This document shows positions 9,544 to 19,680 of a stretch of 64,000 nt of DNA, one piece after another. The translations under genes were made by a program, and so were the position numbers. The first letter of the stretch is position 1; each line of letters opens with the position of its first letter. Source of the DNA: Minisyncoccota bacterium (GTDB taxonomy: Bacteria; Patescibacteriota; Minisyncoccia; Phycocordibacterales; UBA9973); assembly GCA_025453495.1 (NCBI GenBank), contig JALOQM010000002.1, positions 12,680 through 76,679 on the forward strand, given 5' to 3'. The notes beneath the pieces were generated by a model that saw only the letters and a list, made by a program, of their open reading frames with translations, did not search any database and was not told the DNA's origin.

Positions 9544-11051
9544 GCTCGCTTTTTTCCTGGTTTCTGTTTTTTTACGAACACGTTATCTGGTGCATGTTTG
9601 AGGAGATATGATCTGATATGCCGACGAGCCATACTTGTCTTTGCATATTCAATCCACTTTGGGACTGGTTTCGCTGACTCTTTGGTGATGATCTCGACAA
9701 TTGCACCATTACGTAAACGACTATCAAGAGACACCATTTTGCCATTCATTTTTGCCCCAAATACATGATCTCCGATATCAGAGTGTATTGCATAGGCAAA
9801 ATCAATCGGTGTGGCATCTTCAGGAAGATCAACAACGTCACCTTTTGGTGTCAGTATAAATATTCGGTCTTTGAAGAAATCCATCGCCAAGTGCTCGAGG
9901 AATTCTTCGGGTTCAGCAATTGATTTTTGTATGTCAGCAAGTTGGGCGAGCCATGCGAATTTCTTTGGTAATTTGTCACCTGGTTGTCGTTCTATATCTT
10001 CCTTGTATGAAAAGTGTGCAGCGATGCCGTATTCGGCTTCATCGTCCATATCTCGTGTGCGGATTTGTATTTCTGCGATCGTACCGTTTGTCGAAACAAC
10101 TGTCGTGTGCAGACTCTGATAGCCATTTGGTTTTGGTAGTGCGATGTAATCTTTGATGCGTCGTGGAACCGGCTTCCAGGTGCTATGTACAAGACCAAGT
10201 ACACGATAACATGCTTCCACGTCTTCTACGATGACACGAAGCGCGACAATATCGAGCACTTTGTCAACATTCATATCGTATTTTTTGAGCTTTCGATAGA
10301 GACTAAACGTATGCTTCACTCGGTACTGCAGTGTAAAGGTCATTCCAAGTTCATTGAGTGCTAATTCAAGAATCTCTTTTATTTCCTCAAGTTGTTTTTG
10401 TGCTTCTGGTGTATGCTCAGCAATTATTTTTTTGGTAAACGCGTATTCTTCTGGATAGGCAAAAGGGAAGGCGTAGTCTTCAAGTTCGCCTTTGAGTTTG
10501 CCCATACCGAGTCGCCCCGCAAGCGGAGCATATATCTGAATTGTTTCAAGCGCGATACGTCTTTGTTTGTCTTGGTGTACATGAGAAAGCGTCGATATGT
10601 TGTGGAGGCGGTCAGCAAGCTTGATCATGAGTACACGTACGTCCTCAGCTACTGCAACAAAGAATTTACGCAATGATTCTACATGGCGATCACGACCACG
10701 GTATTTGAGTGCACCGAGTTTGGTAACTCCTTCAACAAGAAAAAGGATTTCTTTGCCGAATTCTCGTTCGATTTCATCTCGTGTAGTTTCGGTGTCTTCC
10801 AGTGTGTCATGGATAAGTCCAGCAGCTATAGTGCGAGCATCCATACCAAGCGCGGCGAGATTCTTGCCGACGGCGAAGGCGTGTGTGAAGTATGGTGCAC
10901 CGCTTGCTCGAAACTGCCCCTCGTGTTTAGCCTTTGCGAAGTCGTGTGCTTTTTGGATAAGCGCGCACTCATCGTTTTCGGGGTTGCTTCGCATGAGTGC
11001 ATATATCTCGTCGATGGCGGTCATGTGTGTATCGTACGGGACTGGGAACAA
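9540..11051 (-). CDS. rel: Short bifunctional (p)ppGpp synthetase/hydrolase (RelA/SpoT homologue, Rel) lacking the C-terminal ACT domain
   Basis: HD hydrolase domain (HDTLEDT), synthetase domain (SLHTTVV...GTIAEIQIRT) and TGS domain. 503 aa. Confidence 0.8.
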   Translation of the reverse strand: MFPVPYDTHMTAIDEIYALMRSNPENDECALIQKAHDFAKAKHEGQFRASGAPYFTHAFAVGKNLAALGMDARTIAAGLIHDTLEDTETTRDEIEREFGKEILFLVEGVTKLGALKYRGRDRHVESLRKFFVAVAEDVRVLMIKLADRLHNISTLSHVHQDKQRRIALETIQIYAPLAGRLGMGKLKGELEDYAFPFAYPEEYAFTKKIIAEHTPEAQKQLEEIKEILELALNELGMTFTLQYRVKHTFSLYRKLKKYDMNVDKVLDIVALRVIVEDVEACYRVLGLVHSTWKPVPRRIKDYIALPKPNGYQSLHTTVVSTNGTIAEIQIRTRDMDDEAEYGIAAHFSYKEDIERQPGDKLPKKFAWLAQLADIQKSIAEPEEFLEHLAMDFFKDRIFILTPKGDVVDLPEDATPIDFAYAIHSDIGDHVFGAKMNGKMVSLDSRLRNGAIVEIITKESAKPVPKWIEYAKTSMARRHIRSYLLKHAPDNVFVKKQKPGKKRA

Positions 11052-11164
11052 AAGTCAAAGTTAATTTGACTTTTGTTATTCCACGTGTTACTTTTATAGA
11101 GAACTAGTTGCAATCTATCTACATAGATTGCATTAAAATAAAATAAACCAAAAAACTGCTAAAC

Positions 11165-12139
11165 ATGAAACGCTTGACCATTTTCTCCACCCTCGTGGCG
11201 CTACTTTGTATCGCTAGTACTCTATTCCACACTGAGTCTGCTTATGCAAGACGTGGTGACAAGAATTTTCTCGATTCCACCTCTGCTACTATACCTATGG
11301 CGGATTCACTATTTGGTGATGCATTCCTTGGACCAGAGGCAATTAGTGTGGCCTATGGTGTATCTATCGATAGCATCACAGTACCGCCAATCCCGTATAC
11401 TATTGGTGAATTGAAATTTTTCCGACGACTCGGATATATACTCGTTTTCCAGATTGATTCTATAGATGGAAAACCACTGACGATGCAAAGGCAAATAGAA
11501 ACATACCAGAAATGTTCTGCTTATACTGAAAAGCTTAGTTTTACGATTGATTCCCAGAAAGAAAATTTCTTTGTTTCTGAGGTGCCGCAGGCAGGATGGC
11601 GACTGGTGTCTGGTACTGTTATTCCTGGCTCAACTGGTCAAGACTATATGCTGCAGACTGCATTGCTGCAAACATATCCGGAGGATTACCGAATTCCCGG
11701 ATATACTGCGAATAACACGACAGTGTTTGCTGATGCTATGCAGAAAGCAGACTCCTGTTTAAAGCGGAACAAAAAAATTCGCAAATCAACTGGTAATCAG
11801 TATGATACAACTGGCTTGCAACAAGCAGCAAAACTACTTGCGACAATGCAGACGAATATCTCATATCGTGAGACAGCTGTAGAAGTATGTTATCGCATAA
11901 TTCTTTTTCATGCGATGCACCAAGAGTCACTTTTCCTTGATGAATACGTCTGGACAAATTCATTATCTTCAGATAATAAATTTGTCGGCGTTGGTAGCTT
12001 CTTTGTTGCTACCTCACAAAAGTATCGAAATAACGGGAAAACTGAGGTTGAGGTGTTAGTCAAAAAAGACTATCCAAATACCTGCGGTCCGGTTCGGGGT
12101 ACTACATTTGTATATCCCCCTGTGCGTACCATGAAGTAG
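11165..12139 (+). CDS. Hypothetical secreted protein
   Basis: Signal peptide MKRLTIFSTLVALLCIASTLFHTESAYA. 324 aa, no recognised domain. Confidence 0.45.
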   Translation: MKRLTIFSTLVALLCIASTLFHTESAYARRGDKNFLDSTSATIPMADSLFGDAFLGPEAISVAYGVSIDSITVPPIPYTIGELKFFRRLGYILVFQIDSIDGKPLTMQRQIETYQKCSAYTEKLSFTIDSQKENFFVSEVPQAGWRLVSGTVIPGSTGQDYMLQTALLQTYPEDYRIPGYTANNTTVFADAMQKADSCLKRNKKIRKSTGNQYDTTGLQQAAKLLATMQTNISYRETAVEVCYRIILFHAMHQESLFLDEYVWTNSLSSDNKFVGVGSFFVATSQKYRNNGKTEVEVLVKKDYPNTCGPVRGTTFVYPPVRTMK

Positions 12140-12214
12140 ATATTTTGAATACAAAATGCGTTTCATTTTTATGAGACGCATTTTTTGCTTCTTACTTTGT
12201 ACTGCGTACTTCTC

Positions 12215-14422
12215 TTACTCACCCTTGTGTTTGTGTGGATTATGGTTCTTGCAGTTCTTGTTTGAACATCTTTCAGGAATTGTCTTGGTGCCCTCCATCA
12301 TGAGTGAGTTACACAGATCACAGATGCGGCCGGTTGGCTTTGCTTTGATTGCGTGTTTGCAATCAGGATAGTTTGTACATGAGTAGAAAATACCAAATCG
12401 TCCACGACGCTCCATCATCTCTCCACTGCTACACATTGGACAAGTGACTCCAGTCATTTTTTTCTTTTTTTCTTCTTCATCTTCCTTGATGAATTTACAC
12501 TTTGGATAACGGTTACAAGAGATAAATTTACCGAAACGTCCTTCACGTTCGATTAGTTTGCCACCACCATTTTTGCCTTCTTTGTCTCCACAGAGTGGAC
12601 AGAGTTCTCCAGTTTCTTTTGGACCTTCCATTTCCTTGCCTTCCATTGTTCGTGCGCCGTCGCAATCAGGGAAACGTGAGCAAGAGAGGAATTTGCCATT
12701 TTTACCGAGCTTGACGATCATTTTTGCTTCGCACTTTGGGCATGGGAACTCATCTGGTGCGTCACCGAGATTGGTGATTTTTTCTATTTTGTCTTTTGCT
12801 TTTACTTCTTTCAAAAACGGGCCATAGAATTCTTTGAGTGTTTTTTCATATGTGCGTTTTCCTTCAGCGATTTCGTCGAGTTCATCCTCCATTTCTGCAG
12901 TGAATGCATCACTGATATACTTTGTGAAATTTTGCTCGATAAAAGTGCTCACTACTTCGCCAGTGTCGGTCGGGAAGAGTGTGCGATTTTGTTTTGTCAC
13001 ATAGCCGCGCTCTTCGATGGTACGAATGATCGATGCATAGGTTGATGGGCGGCCAATACCACGCTTCTCGAGTTCTTTGACGAGTCCTGCCTCTGAGTAG
13101 CGGTCGGGAGGTGTTGTTTGCTTTTCTTCAGTTATGAGTTCTTTGAGACGGAGTGCTTCATTTTCGTGCGTTTCAGGTAATTCGACATCATCACCACGTG
13201 ATGCAGTATCAACTTTGAGCCAGCCAGGGAAGAGGAGTCTTGATCCGATTGCACTAAACACAGGGAAGTTTTTTTCATTTTCTACCGTGGCAGACACTTT
13301 TGTCTTTAGCATTTTTGCGTCACTCATCTGACTGGCGACAGTACGCTCCCAGATGAGTCGGTAGAGCCTCTTTTGTTCGTCTGTTGTCCCCGCGGAATGA
13401 AGTTCGATATGTGTCGGTCGGACCGCTTCGTGCGCTTCTTGGGCATTTTTGCTTTTTGTTTTGAAGACTCGTGCCTCAAGATAGTCTTTGCCGTATTCGG
13501 ATTCGACAAGTGAGCAGATCTGCGCCTGAGCTTGCTTGGAAAGAGTTGTCGAATCAGTACGCATATAGGTGATCATGCCAGCCTCGTAGAGTTTTTGTGC
13601 GATACTCATAGTGCGTGACGGTGAGAAGCCAAGGCGTGAGCTTGCCGTCTGCTGGAGTGTGGAAGTAGTGAAGGGTGCTTTTGGTGAGCGCTTCATTTCT
13701 GATTCTTTTATTGTATCAATCTTCCAGTTGCCAGTATTTGCGGTATGAGCGACGTAGTCCGCACGTGCTTTGTCGCGCGGCTCTTCTTCACAGAAAAGGG
13801 TAATGTCTTCATCGCGACGTGTTTTGAAAAGCCCTGAAAGGACATAGTAAGTCTCAGGGATAAATGCACGGATTTCACGTTCGCGCTCCATGAGGATACG
13901 AAGCGCTGGTGATTGCACTCGCCCAGCCGAGAGCCCATAGCGGACTTTTTTCCAGATAAGACCTGAGAGGTCGTAGCCAAAAAGACGATCAAGCACACGC
14001 CGCGCTTCTTGAGCTTTGACAAGTTTTTCATCAATATCACGCGGATGTATGAGTGCTTCTGCGACAGCATCCTTCGTAATTTCATGGAACACAGCACGTT
14101 TCACTGGACGTGCTTTTGTGTTTTTGAGTCCAAGTGCTTCGGTCAAATGCCATGAAATCGCTTCACCTTCACGATCAGGGTCGGTCGCAAGGACAACTTC
14201 ATCTGCCTTCTTTGCAAGTGCAGCAAGCTCGTCGACGACTTTTTCTTTGCCTTTTGATATCTCGTAGTGGGGGACGAAGCCTGCAGGAATGTCGATCGCC
14301 TTTTTCTGGCTCTTTGGTAGATCACGAATATGCCCGACCGATGCGCGGACAGTGTATTTGCCATCGAGGTATTTCTCGATAGTTTTCGCTTTTGCGGGGG
14401 ATTCGACGATTAAAAGTTTCAT
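12215..14422 (-). CDS. topA: DNA topoisomerase I
   Basis: Toprim N-terminus (MKLLIVESPAKAKTIEKYL...GHIRDL), type IA core and C-terminal Cys4 zinc ribbons. 735 aa. Confidence 0.9.
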   Translation of the reverse strand: MKLLIVESPAKAKTIEKYLDGKYTVRASVGHIRDLPKSQKKAIDIPAGFVPHYEISKGKEKVVDELAALAKKADEVVLATDPDREGEAISWHLTEALGLKNTKARPVKRAVFHEITKDAVAEALIHPRDIDEKLVKAQEARRVLDRLFGYDLSGLIWKKVRYGLSAGRVQSPALRILMEREREIRAFIPETYYVLSGLFKTRRDEDITLFCEEEPRDKARADYVAHTANTGNWKIDTIKESEMKRSPKAPFTTSTLQQTASSRLGFSPSRTMSIAQKLYEAGMITYMRTDSTTLSKQAQAQICSLVESEYGKDYLEARVFKTKSKNAQEAHEAVRPTHIELHSAGTTDEQKRLYRLIWERTVASQMSDAKMLKTKVSATVENEKNFPVFSAIGSRLLFPGWLKVDTASRGDDVELPETHENEALRLKELITEEKQTTPPDRYSEAGLVKELEKRGIGRPSTYASIIRTIEERGYVTKQNRTLFPTDTGEVVSTFIEQNFTKYISDAFTAEMEDELDEIAEGKRTYEKTLKEFYGPFLKEVKAKDKIEKITNLGDAPDEFPCPKCEAKMIVKLGKNGKFLSCSRFPDCDGARTMEGKEMEGPKETGELCPLCGDKEGKNGGGKLIEREGRFGKFISCNRYPKCKFIKEDEEEKKKKMTGVTCPMCSSGEMMERRGRFGIFYSCTNYPDCKHAIKAKPTGRICDLCNSLMMEGTKTIPERCSNKNCKNHNPHKHKGE

Positions 14423-14596
14423 TAGTGTTATTGTATAGCGTCTCTAAAGAATGGCACTACATAGGATGTATCTTGGTAACTACTCTAGTTGATGAGCTAT
14501 TGCGCGTAGTTATAATACTAAAATCTAATCAATGCAACTATATATTTGGAATACACTGTACCTAAACGCGATGATAGAATGTTTTTTAGTAAGCAG

Positions 14597-14640
14597 TAAA
14601 AAAGAAAAAGCTTACGCAAAAGAAGCTTTTATTTTTTATC
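14597..14640 (-). terminator. Putative terminator downstream of dprA
   Basis: AAGCTT...AAGCTT hairpin with a flanking T-run on the minus strand. Confidence 0.35.
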
Positions 14641-14671
14641 AAAACTAAAAATGGTACACTTTTCGGTGTTT

Positions 14672-15562
14672 TCAATTCTTCCGTACATACCCTGCTTCTT
14701 CGACGATCACTCCTTTAATCTCCATCATTGAGAGCATGGTCTGTGCTTCAGCTGTTGGTGTTTGCATCTCACGGATAAGATCGTCGCGTGTCTTTGGTTC
14801 ATAGAGTAATTTTAATACTGCAATTTCTTCGGGCGAGCACTCTTGTAATTTCTTGGTGTCAGTCTTTGTCGTGTCGACAGAAAATCCAAGCGCGCGAAGG
14901 ATATCCGCGCTTTCAAGTACCACAGTGGCGCCACCGCGGATGAGTGCGTTTGTGCCACGTGAGTTATCTGAAAATACTGAACCAGGCACAGCAAAGACAT
15001 CGCGATTGTAATCAAGCGCGAGTCTTGCGGTGATGAGCGCACCTGACTTTTCTTTTGCTTCGATTATGAGTACTGCGCGAGATATGCCGGCGATAAGACG
15101 ATTACGTTGTGGAAAGCTCCAGATGGTTGCTTGGAACTCTGGTGCGAATTCGGAGATAAGTGCGCCGCCTTTGGCAACTATACTTTCTGCAAGGGCGAAA
15201 TGTGTCGCAGGAGAGAGTGCTTTTTTAGAAAGCCCAGACCCAGGAAATGCGACTGTCAATAGTCCGACAGCAAGCGCTTTTGTATGCGCAATGCCATCCA
15301 TACCAAGTGCAAGTCCTGAGACAATGCAGATGGGGTAGCCAGCAAGTCCTTCAATGAGTTTCTCGCACACTGCTTTGCCATAGCTTGTCGCGGTACGTGA
15401 ACCGATAACGGCAAGGTAGACAACTCCTTCGGGCGGTAGAGTGCCACACATATAGAGCATCTTCGGCGGTTTCGGTATTTCCCGTAATGCTTCGGGAAAC
15501 TCCTCTGGTGAGAGTTTTTTTATAGTAGTATCCATACAAAAAGCTTTCTCGTAGCGTCGCAA
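14672..15562 (-). CDS. dprA: DNA processing protein DprA (Smf)
   Basis: Rossmann-like DprA core (AVIGSRTATSYGK...IVSGLALGMDGIAH). In the conserved dprA-topA arrangement. Confidence 0.8.
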   Translation of the reverse strand: MRRYEKAFCMDTTIKKLSPEEFPEALREIPKPPKMLYMCGTLPPEGVVYLAVIGSRTATSYGKAVCEKLIEGLAGYPICIVSGLALGMDGIAHTKALAVGLLTVAFPGSGLSKKALSPATHFALAESIVAKGGALISEFAPEFQATIWSFPQRNRLIAGISRAVLIIEAKEKSGALITARLALDYNRDVFAVPGSVFSDNSRGTNALIRGGATVVLESADILRALGFSVDTTKTDTKKLQECSPEEIAVLKLLYEPKTRDDLIREMQTPTAEAQTMLSMMEIKGVIVEEAGYVRKN

Positions 15563-15599
15563 TACTATATACTAGAGACATTAAACTTTTTATAAAATC

Positions 15600-16868
15600 A
15601 TGCTAGATATAAAATTTATCCGAGAAAATCGCGAACTAGTAAAGGAAGGAGCGAGAAAAAAGCACCTTACGTTTGATGTCGATGCGCTCATAGACATTGA
15701 TACCAAGCGTCTCGAACTCCTCTCTCTTGTCGAATCCTTGCGTGCTGAGCAAAATGTCATTTCTGACAAAGTCGTGACAGCGACACCAGAAGATCGCGCA
15801 AAAATGATCGAAGATATGAAGGGTTTCAAAGAACATTTGAAAGAAAAAGAAGATGAGCTTAGAGATCTCATGAAGCTTTGGCAAGATCTTATGATCCGTG
15901 TACCAAACATTCCTGATATGACCGTTCCTGAAGGAGTATCTGATGCAGAAAATAAAGAAGTAAAAGTTTGGGGTGAAAAGCCGACATTTACATTTGCGCC
16001 AAAAGATCATATTTCCCTTATGGAGTCGCTTGATATGGCTGACTTCGAGCGTGGCACGAAGGTATCAGGTTTTCGTGGCTACTTCCTCAAAAATGACGGC
16101 GCGCGACTTTCTATGGCAATCTGGCAGTATGCACTTGAGTTCTTTACTGCGCGTGGTCTTGCACCAATGATTGTGCCGTCACTGGTAACTCGCGAAACAC
16201 TGTTTGGTACTGGGTATCTTCCAGAAGGCGAAGATGACCTCTACAAGACACAAGATGGCGAATATTTTGCTGGGACTGGTGAAGTTGCAACTATGGCGTA
16301 CTACTCAGGTGAAGTGATTGATGGATTACCAAAAAAGATCCTTGCATTTTCTCCGTGTTTCCGTCGTGAAGCTGGTAGTCACTCAAAAGATGTAAAAGGA
16401 CTTATTCGTGTGCATGAATTTTTCAAACTTGAACAAGTAGTGTTGTGCGAGGCTAATCACGAGCAATCAGTGCAGTTGCATGAAGAGATAAACGGCAACA
16501 CTGAAGCATTTATCGAATCGCTCGGTATTCCTTATCACACTGTGGTGAACTGCGGTGGTGATCTTGGTCTTGGACAAGTAAAGAAATATGATATTGAACT
16601 TTGGGTACCAAAAGAAAATACCTACAGAGAAATTTCATCTGCTTCGTACTTTCATGATTTTCAAACGCGTCGCCTCAATATTCGTTACAAAGATAGAGAC
16701 GGGAAGCTTCGCTACGCCCATTCGCTTAACTGCACTGCAATTCCAACACCACGTATCCTTGTTTCATTGGTAGAAAATTTCCAGCAGGCTGACGGTACAA
16801 TCCGTGTCCCTGAAGTGCTCAAGAAATACATTGGCAAAGATGTATTGGGTGTAGCGACTGCTCAGTAG
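15600..16868 (+). CDS. serS: Seryl-tRNA synthetase
   Basis: N-terminal coiled-coil arm and class II core motifs (FRRE, GLIRVHEF). 422 aa. Confidence 0.9.
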   Translation: MLDIKFIRENRELVKEGARKKHLTFDVDALIDIDTKRLELLSLVESLRAEQNVISDKVVTATPEDRAKMIEDMKGFKEHLKEKEDELRDLMKLWQDLMIRVPNIPDMTVPEGVSDAENKEVKVWGEKPTFTFAPKDHISLMESLDMADFERGTKVSGFRGYFLKNDGARLSMAIWQYALEFFTARGLAPMIVPSLVTRETLFGTGYLPEGEDDLYKTQDGEYFAGTGEVATMAYYSGEVIDGLPKKILAFSPCFRREAGSHSKDVKGLIRVHEFFKLEQVVLCEANHEQSVQLHEEINGNTEAFIESLGIPYHTVVNCGGDLGLGQVKKYDIELWVPKENTYREISSASYFHDFQTRRLNIRYKDRDGKLRYAHSLNCTAIPTPRILVSLVENFQQADGTIRVPEVLKKYIGKDVLGVATAQ

Positions 16869-16940
16869 TAGAGCTCTCGTGTGTGTTTTACTTTATGAGT
16901 TATTTTCTAGCCGATTGCTAGAAGTTAAAAGCGATAAGTA

Positions 16941-17804
16941 ATGCAAAAGCGTGACGTTTTGAATTCAGCGAAAGTGCGAGAAAAAAAAAGAAAAGCGCGC
17001 AAGCGCCGGTTGGTTTTCTCTGTATCACTTCTTTTTGTGCTCTGTGCCATCCTTGTACTTGTCTCACGTCTTAACTACTTTGCTATCAAGGGAATCGTTT
17101 TGGAAGAGCATATAGTAACTGACACTGCACTGATCCGAAATACTGTACACACACATCTAGACGGGAACTACTTTTTATTTATCCCAAAAGATAATTTTCT
17201 TCTCTATCCTGAAAAAGCTATTGTCCACGATCTCTATGCTACATTTCCACGGATCAAGAACGTGCGTGTCTCACGTGCTTATGCTGATCACATTGCGATT
17301 GAAGTAGAAGAGTATACGCCTACCTATTTGTGGTGTGGCGAGAATCTCCCAGAGCAGGGACAAGCGGAGGAATGTTATTTCCTTGATGCTAAGGGATATA
17401 TATTTTCACAAGCGCCATATTTTTCTGGTGATGTATATTTCAAGTTTTACGGCGGGGGAATAACTAATGCGTCTGCTGTTGGTGCATACTTTCTTGATAG
17501 TTCACGCATTGAGGCACTTTTTGATCTGAGTCAGTCATTTCGAGATCTCGGGTTTGAGCCGTATGGACTTTTTGTCGATGCAAAAGGCGAAGATACACTT
17601 CTTGCCGCAGCAGCTGGCAGAGCACCGCACGACTACCCACGTATTTTGTTTCAAAGCAAAACGCCGCCTGATGCCATATTGGCAAATCTCAAGCTCGCAC
17701 TTACTACTGAGCCACTTGCATCAAAGATTGAATTTTCCGCTCATACACTAAAATATATAGATCTTCGGTATGAGAATAGGGTGTATTATAAATTTGATGA
17801 ATAG
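16941..17804 (+). CDS. Cell division protein FtsQ/DivIB-like (POTRA domain)
   Basis: N-terminal TM helix and POTRA-like segment RIKNVRVSRAYADHIAIEVEEYTPTYLW. 287 aa. Confidence 0.45.
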   Translation: MQKRDVLNSAKVREKKRKARKRRLVFSVSLLFVLCAILVLVSRLNYFAIKGIVLEEHIVTDTALIRNTVHTHLDGNYFLFIPKDNFLLYPEKAIVHDLYATFPRIKNVRVSRAYADHIAIEVEEYTPTYLWCGENLPEQGQAEECYFLDAKGYIFSQAPYFSGDVYFKFYGGGITNASAVGAYFLDSSRIEALFDLSQSFRDLGFEPYGLFVDAKGEDTLLAAAAGRAPHDYPRILFQSKTPPDAILANLKLALTTEPLASKIEFSAHTLKYIDLRYENRVYYKFDE

Positions 17805-17805
17805 T

Positions 17806-18417
17806 ATGAAAAAAATCGGAGAAGGATTGTATTACGATGTGTATGAATTGTCATCGACACGTGTTTTGAAAGTCGAGAAGCCATATTGGCGCAAACAACT
17901 TACCTATCTGAAATGGGGAATGTTGAGGTATTTTTTTAGAAATCTTATTCATCCAGGTATTTTTAAGTCATCACTTGAAGACTCAAAACGCCTTCCTGTA
18001 ATTGGCGGTGAATTATTTGGTAATACTATTTTTCACGATCATTTTACTTGCGAGCAAGACAAAGTACAGACGATTGAAGCGTATTTTCGCACACACTCTG
18101 ATGAAGAGAAAAAAGTGATTATCGAAAAATATATACAACTCACCTATATGCTTTGGGAGCGAGGATTTTCTGATGTTGTATTTAATTATTTGCGTAACAA
18201 TGGCGTTACTGAGGATGGACGCGTTATTTTGTGTGATTTTAATGAAGTAACATTTAGTAAAGAAGAAACAATACGCGCTGTCCAAAGAAAGCCATGGTTG
18301 AAACCTTGGATGCTTCGGTTGCTTTTTGGTTCTTTTGAGCGTCATGTGAAAAAACGATTGCACGCTGCTTTTACCATTGCGCATATTGAGAAATACTGGA
18401 ATACACATGGAAACTAA
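17806..18417 (+). CDS. Hypothetical protein with weak protein-kinase-like features
   Basis: Gly-rich IGEGLYYDVYEL...VLKV and a later DVVFN...ILCDFNE segment. Start placed at the ATG just after the upstream stop. Confidence 0.35.
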   Translation: MKKIGEGLYYDVYELSSTRVLKVEKPYWRKQLTYLKWGMLRYFFRNLIHPGIFKSSLEDSKRLPVIGGELFGNTIFHDHFTCEQDKVQTIEAYFRTHSDEEKKVIIEKYIQLTYMLWERGFSDVVFNYLRNNGVTEDGRVILCDFNEVTFSKEETIRAVQRKPWLKPWMLRLLFGSFERHVKKRLHAAFTIAHIEKYWNTHGN

Positions 18418-19420
18418 TTTCTGGAAACAATTAAAAAAACCCTTTTTTGTCCTTGCACCAATGGCAGATGTGACTGATGCGGCATTTCGAAGAATTATTG
18501 CTACATATTCGCGTCATGGTGAGCCAGGTGGTGGTCCAGCTGTTTTCTGGACGGAATTTGTCTCAGCTGATGGACTTTCACACCCAGACGGAAGAGAAAA
18601 GCTCATGCGTGATCTTATGTATACCGAAGCTGAACATCCAATTGTCGCGCAGCTCTTTGGGTCAAATCCTGACAATATGCGTCAAGCTGCGGCCCTTTGT
18701 CGTGAGCTTGGCTTTGATGGCATCGATATCAATATGGGCTGTCCTGATAAGACAATTGAGAAGCAAGGCGCAGGTGCTGCATGTATAAAAAATCCAAATC
18801 GTGCCAAGGAGATTATTCGTGCAGCAAAAGAAGGCGCAGGCGATCTGCCTGTTTCGGTAAAGACACGTATCGGCTACAACAAGAATGAGCTGGAAACTTG
18901 GCTCCCAGCACTCCTTGAAGAAGATCTTGCAGCAGTGACGATACATGCTCGTACACGTAAAGAAATGTCACTAGTGCCAGCACGATGGGAACACATTAAG
19001 CGTGCGGTTGAGATCCGTGATGCGATGAGGAAGGATACCCTTATTCTTGGCAACGGTGACGCACAGAGCATTACTGATGCCAGAGACAAAGTAGCAGCGA
19101 CTGGATGTGATGGGGTGATGCTTGGACGGGCGATCTTTGGCAATCCGTGGCTATTTGTTTCTCCTGAAGAGAGTCAAACTGCTATACATAACAAAGAGAT
19201 TACAATCCGAGAAAAACTTCGTGTTATGGTGGAGCATACGAAACTATTTGAAGAACTATTGGGAGATGCAAAAAGCTTTGCAGTTATGAAAAAGCATTAC
19301 AAGGCCTATGTAAATGGATTTGATGGAGCAAAGGAACTTCGCATGGAACTTATGGAAGCAAAAGATGCTCAAGAAGTAGAGGAGATTGTGAGAGTATTCT
19401 TGGCACGCGATACTATTTGA
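18407..19420 (+). CDS. dus: tRNA-dihydrouridine synthase
   Basis: TIM-barrel Dus motifs (LAPMADVTD, GIDINMGCP). The ORF-track start 18377 is probably too far upstream. Confidence 0.8.
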   Translation: METNFWKQLKKPFFVLAPMADVTDAAFRRIIATYSRHGEPGGGPAVFWTEFVSADGLSHPDGREKLMRDLMYTEAEHPIVAQLFGSNPDNMRQAAALCRELGFDGIDINMGCPDKTIEKQGAGAACIKNPNRAKEIIRAAKEGAGDLPVSVKTRIGYNKNELETWLPALLEEDLAAVTIHARTRKEMSLVPARWEHIKRAVEIRDAMRKDTLILGNGDAQSITDARDKVAATGCDGVMLGRAIFGNPWLFVSPEESQTAIHNKEITIREKLRVMVEHTKLFEELLGDAKSFAVMKKHYKAYVNGFDGAKELRMELMEAKDAQEVEEIVRVFLARDTI

Positions 19421-19488
19421 TAAAGAAGCAATCTTCGTGTATAGTGTCTCCCATAGTCGCGTTTTGTTAGATTAATTTCACTACACAT

Positions 19489-19590
19489 ATGGACGAACAA
19501 GATACACAGAAGGAAGAGGTAATGTCTGAAGAGGTAATGTCTGAGGAGGTAATACCTGAAGAAGGAACTGATTCTGAAGAGATGGCGTAA
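19489..19590 (+). CDS. 33-aa highly acidic micro-ORF with tandem EEVMS repeats
   Basis: ATG...TAA frame MDEQDTQKEEVMSEEVMSEEVIPEEGTDSEEMA, with a 15-nt tandem repeat, just upstream of a strong terminator. No homology support. Confidence 0.2.
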   Translation: MDEQDTQKEEVMSEEVMSEEVIPEEGTDSEEMA

Positions 19591-19612
19591 GCTGTCTGGA
19601 CACAAGAGTAAA

Positions 19613-19653
19613 ACAACACACCCGCGCCATATGGCGCGGGTGTGTTTTTTTTG
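19613..19653 (+). terminator. Rho-independent terminator
   Basis: ACACCCGCGCC-ATAT-GGCGCGGGTGT followed by T8. Confidence 0.8.
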
Positions 19654-19680
19654 TCGAAACTGCTATACTGTCTTGTAACT

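Noticed and set aside
19500-19580. Short tandem repeats (gaagaggtaatgtct x3) as a possible CRISPR or mini-array
   Set aside because: The repeats are only 15 nt, have no spacers and are in-frame codon repeats inside a micro-ORF. This is not CRISPR architecture.
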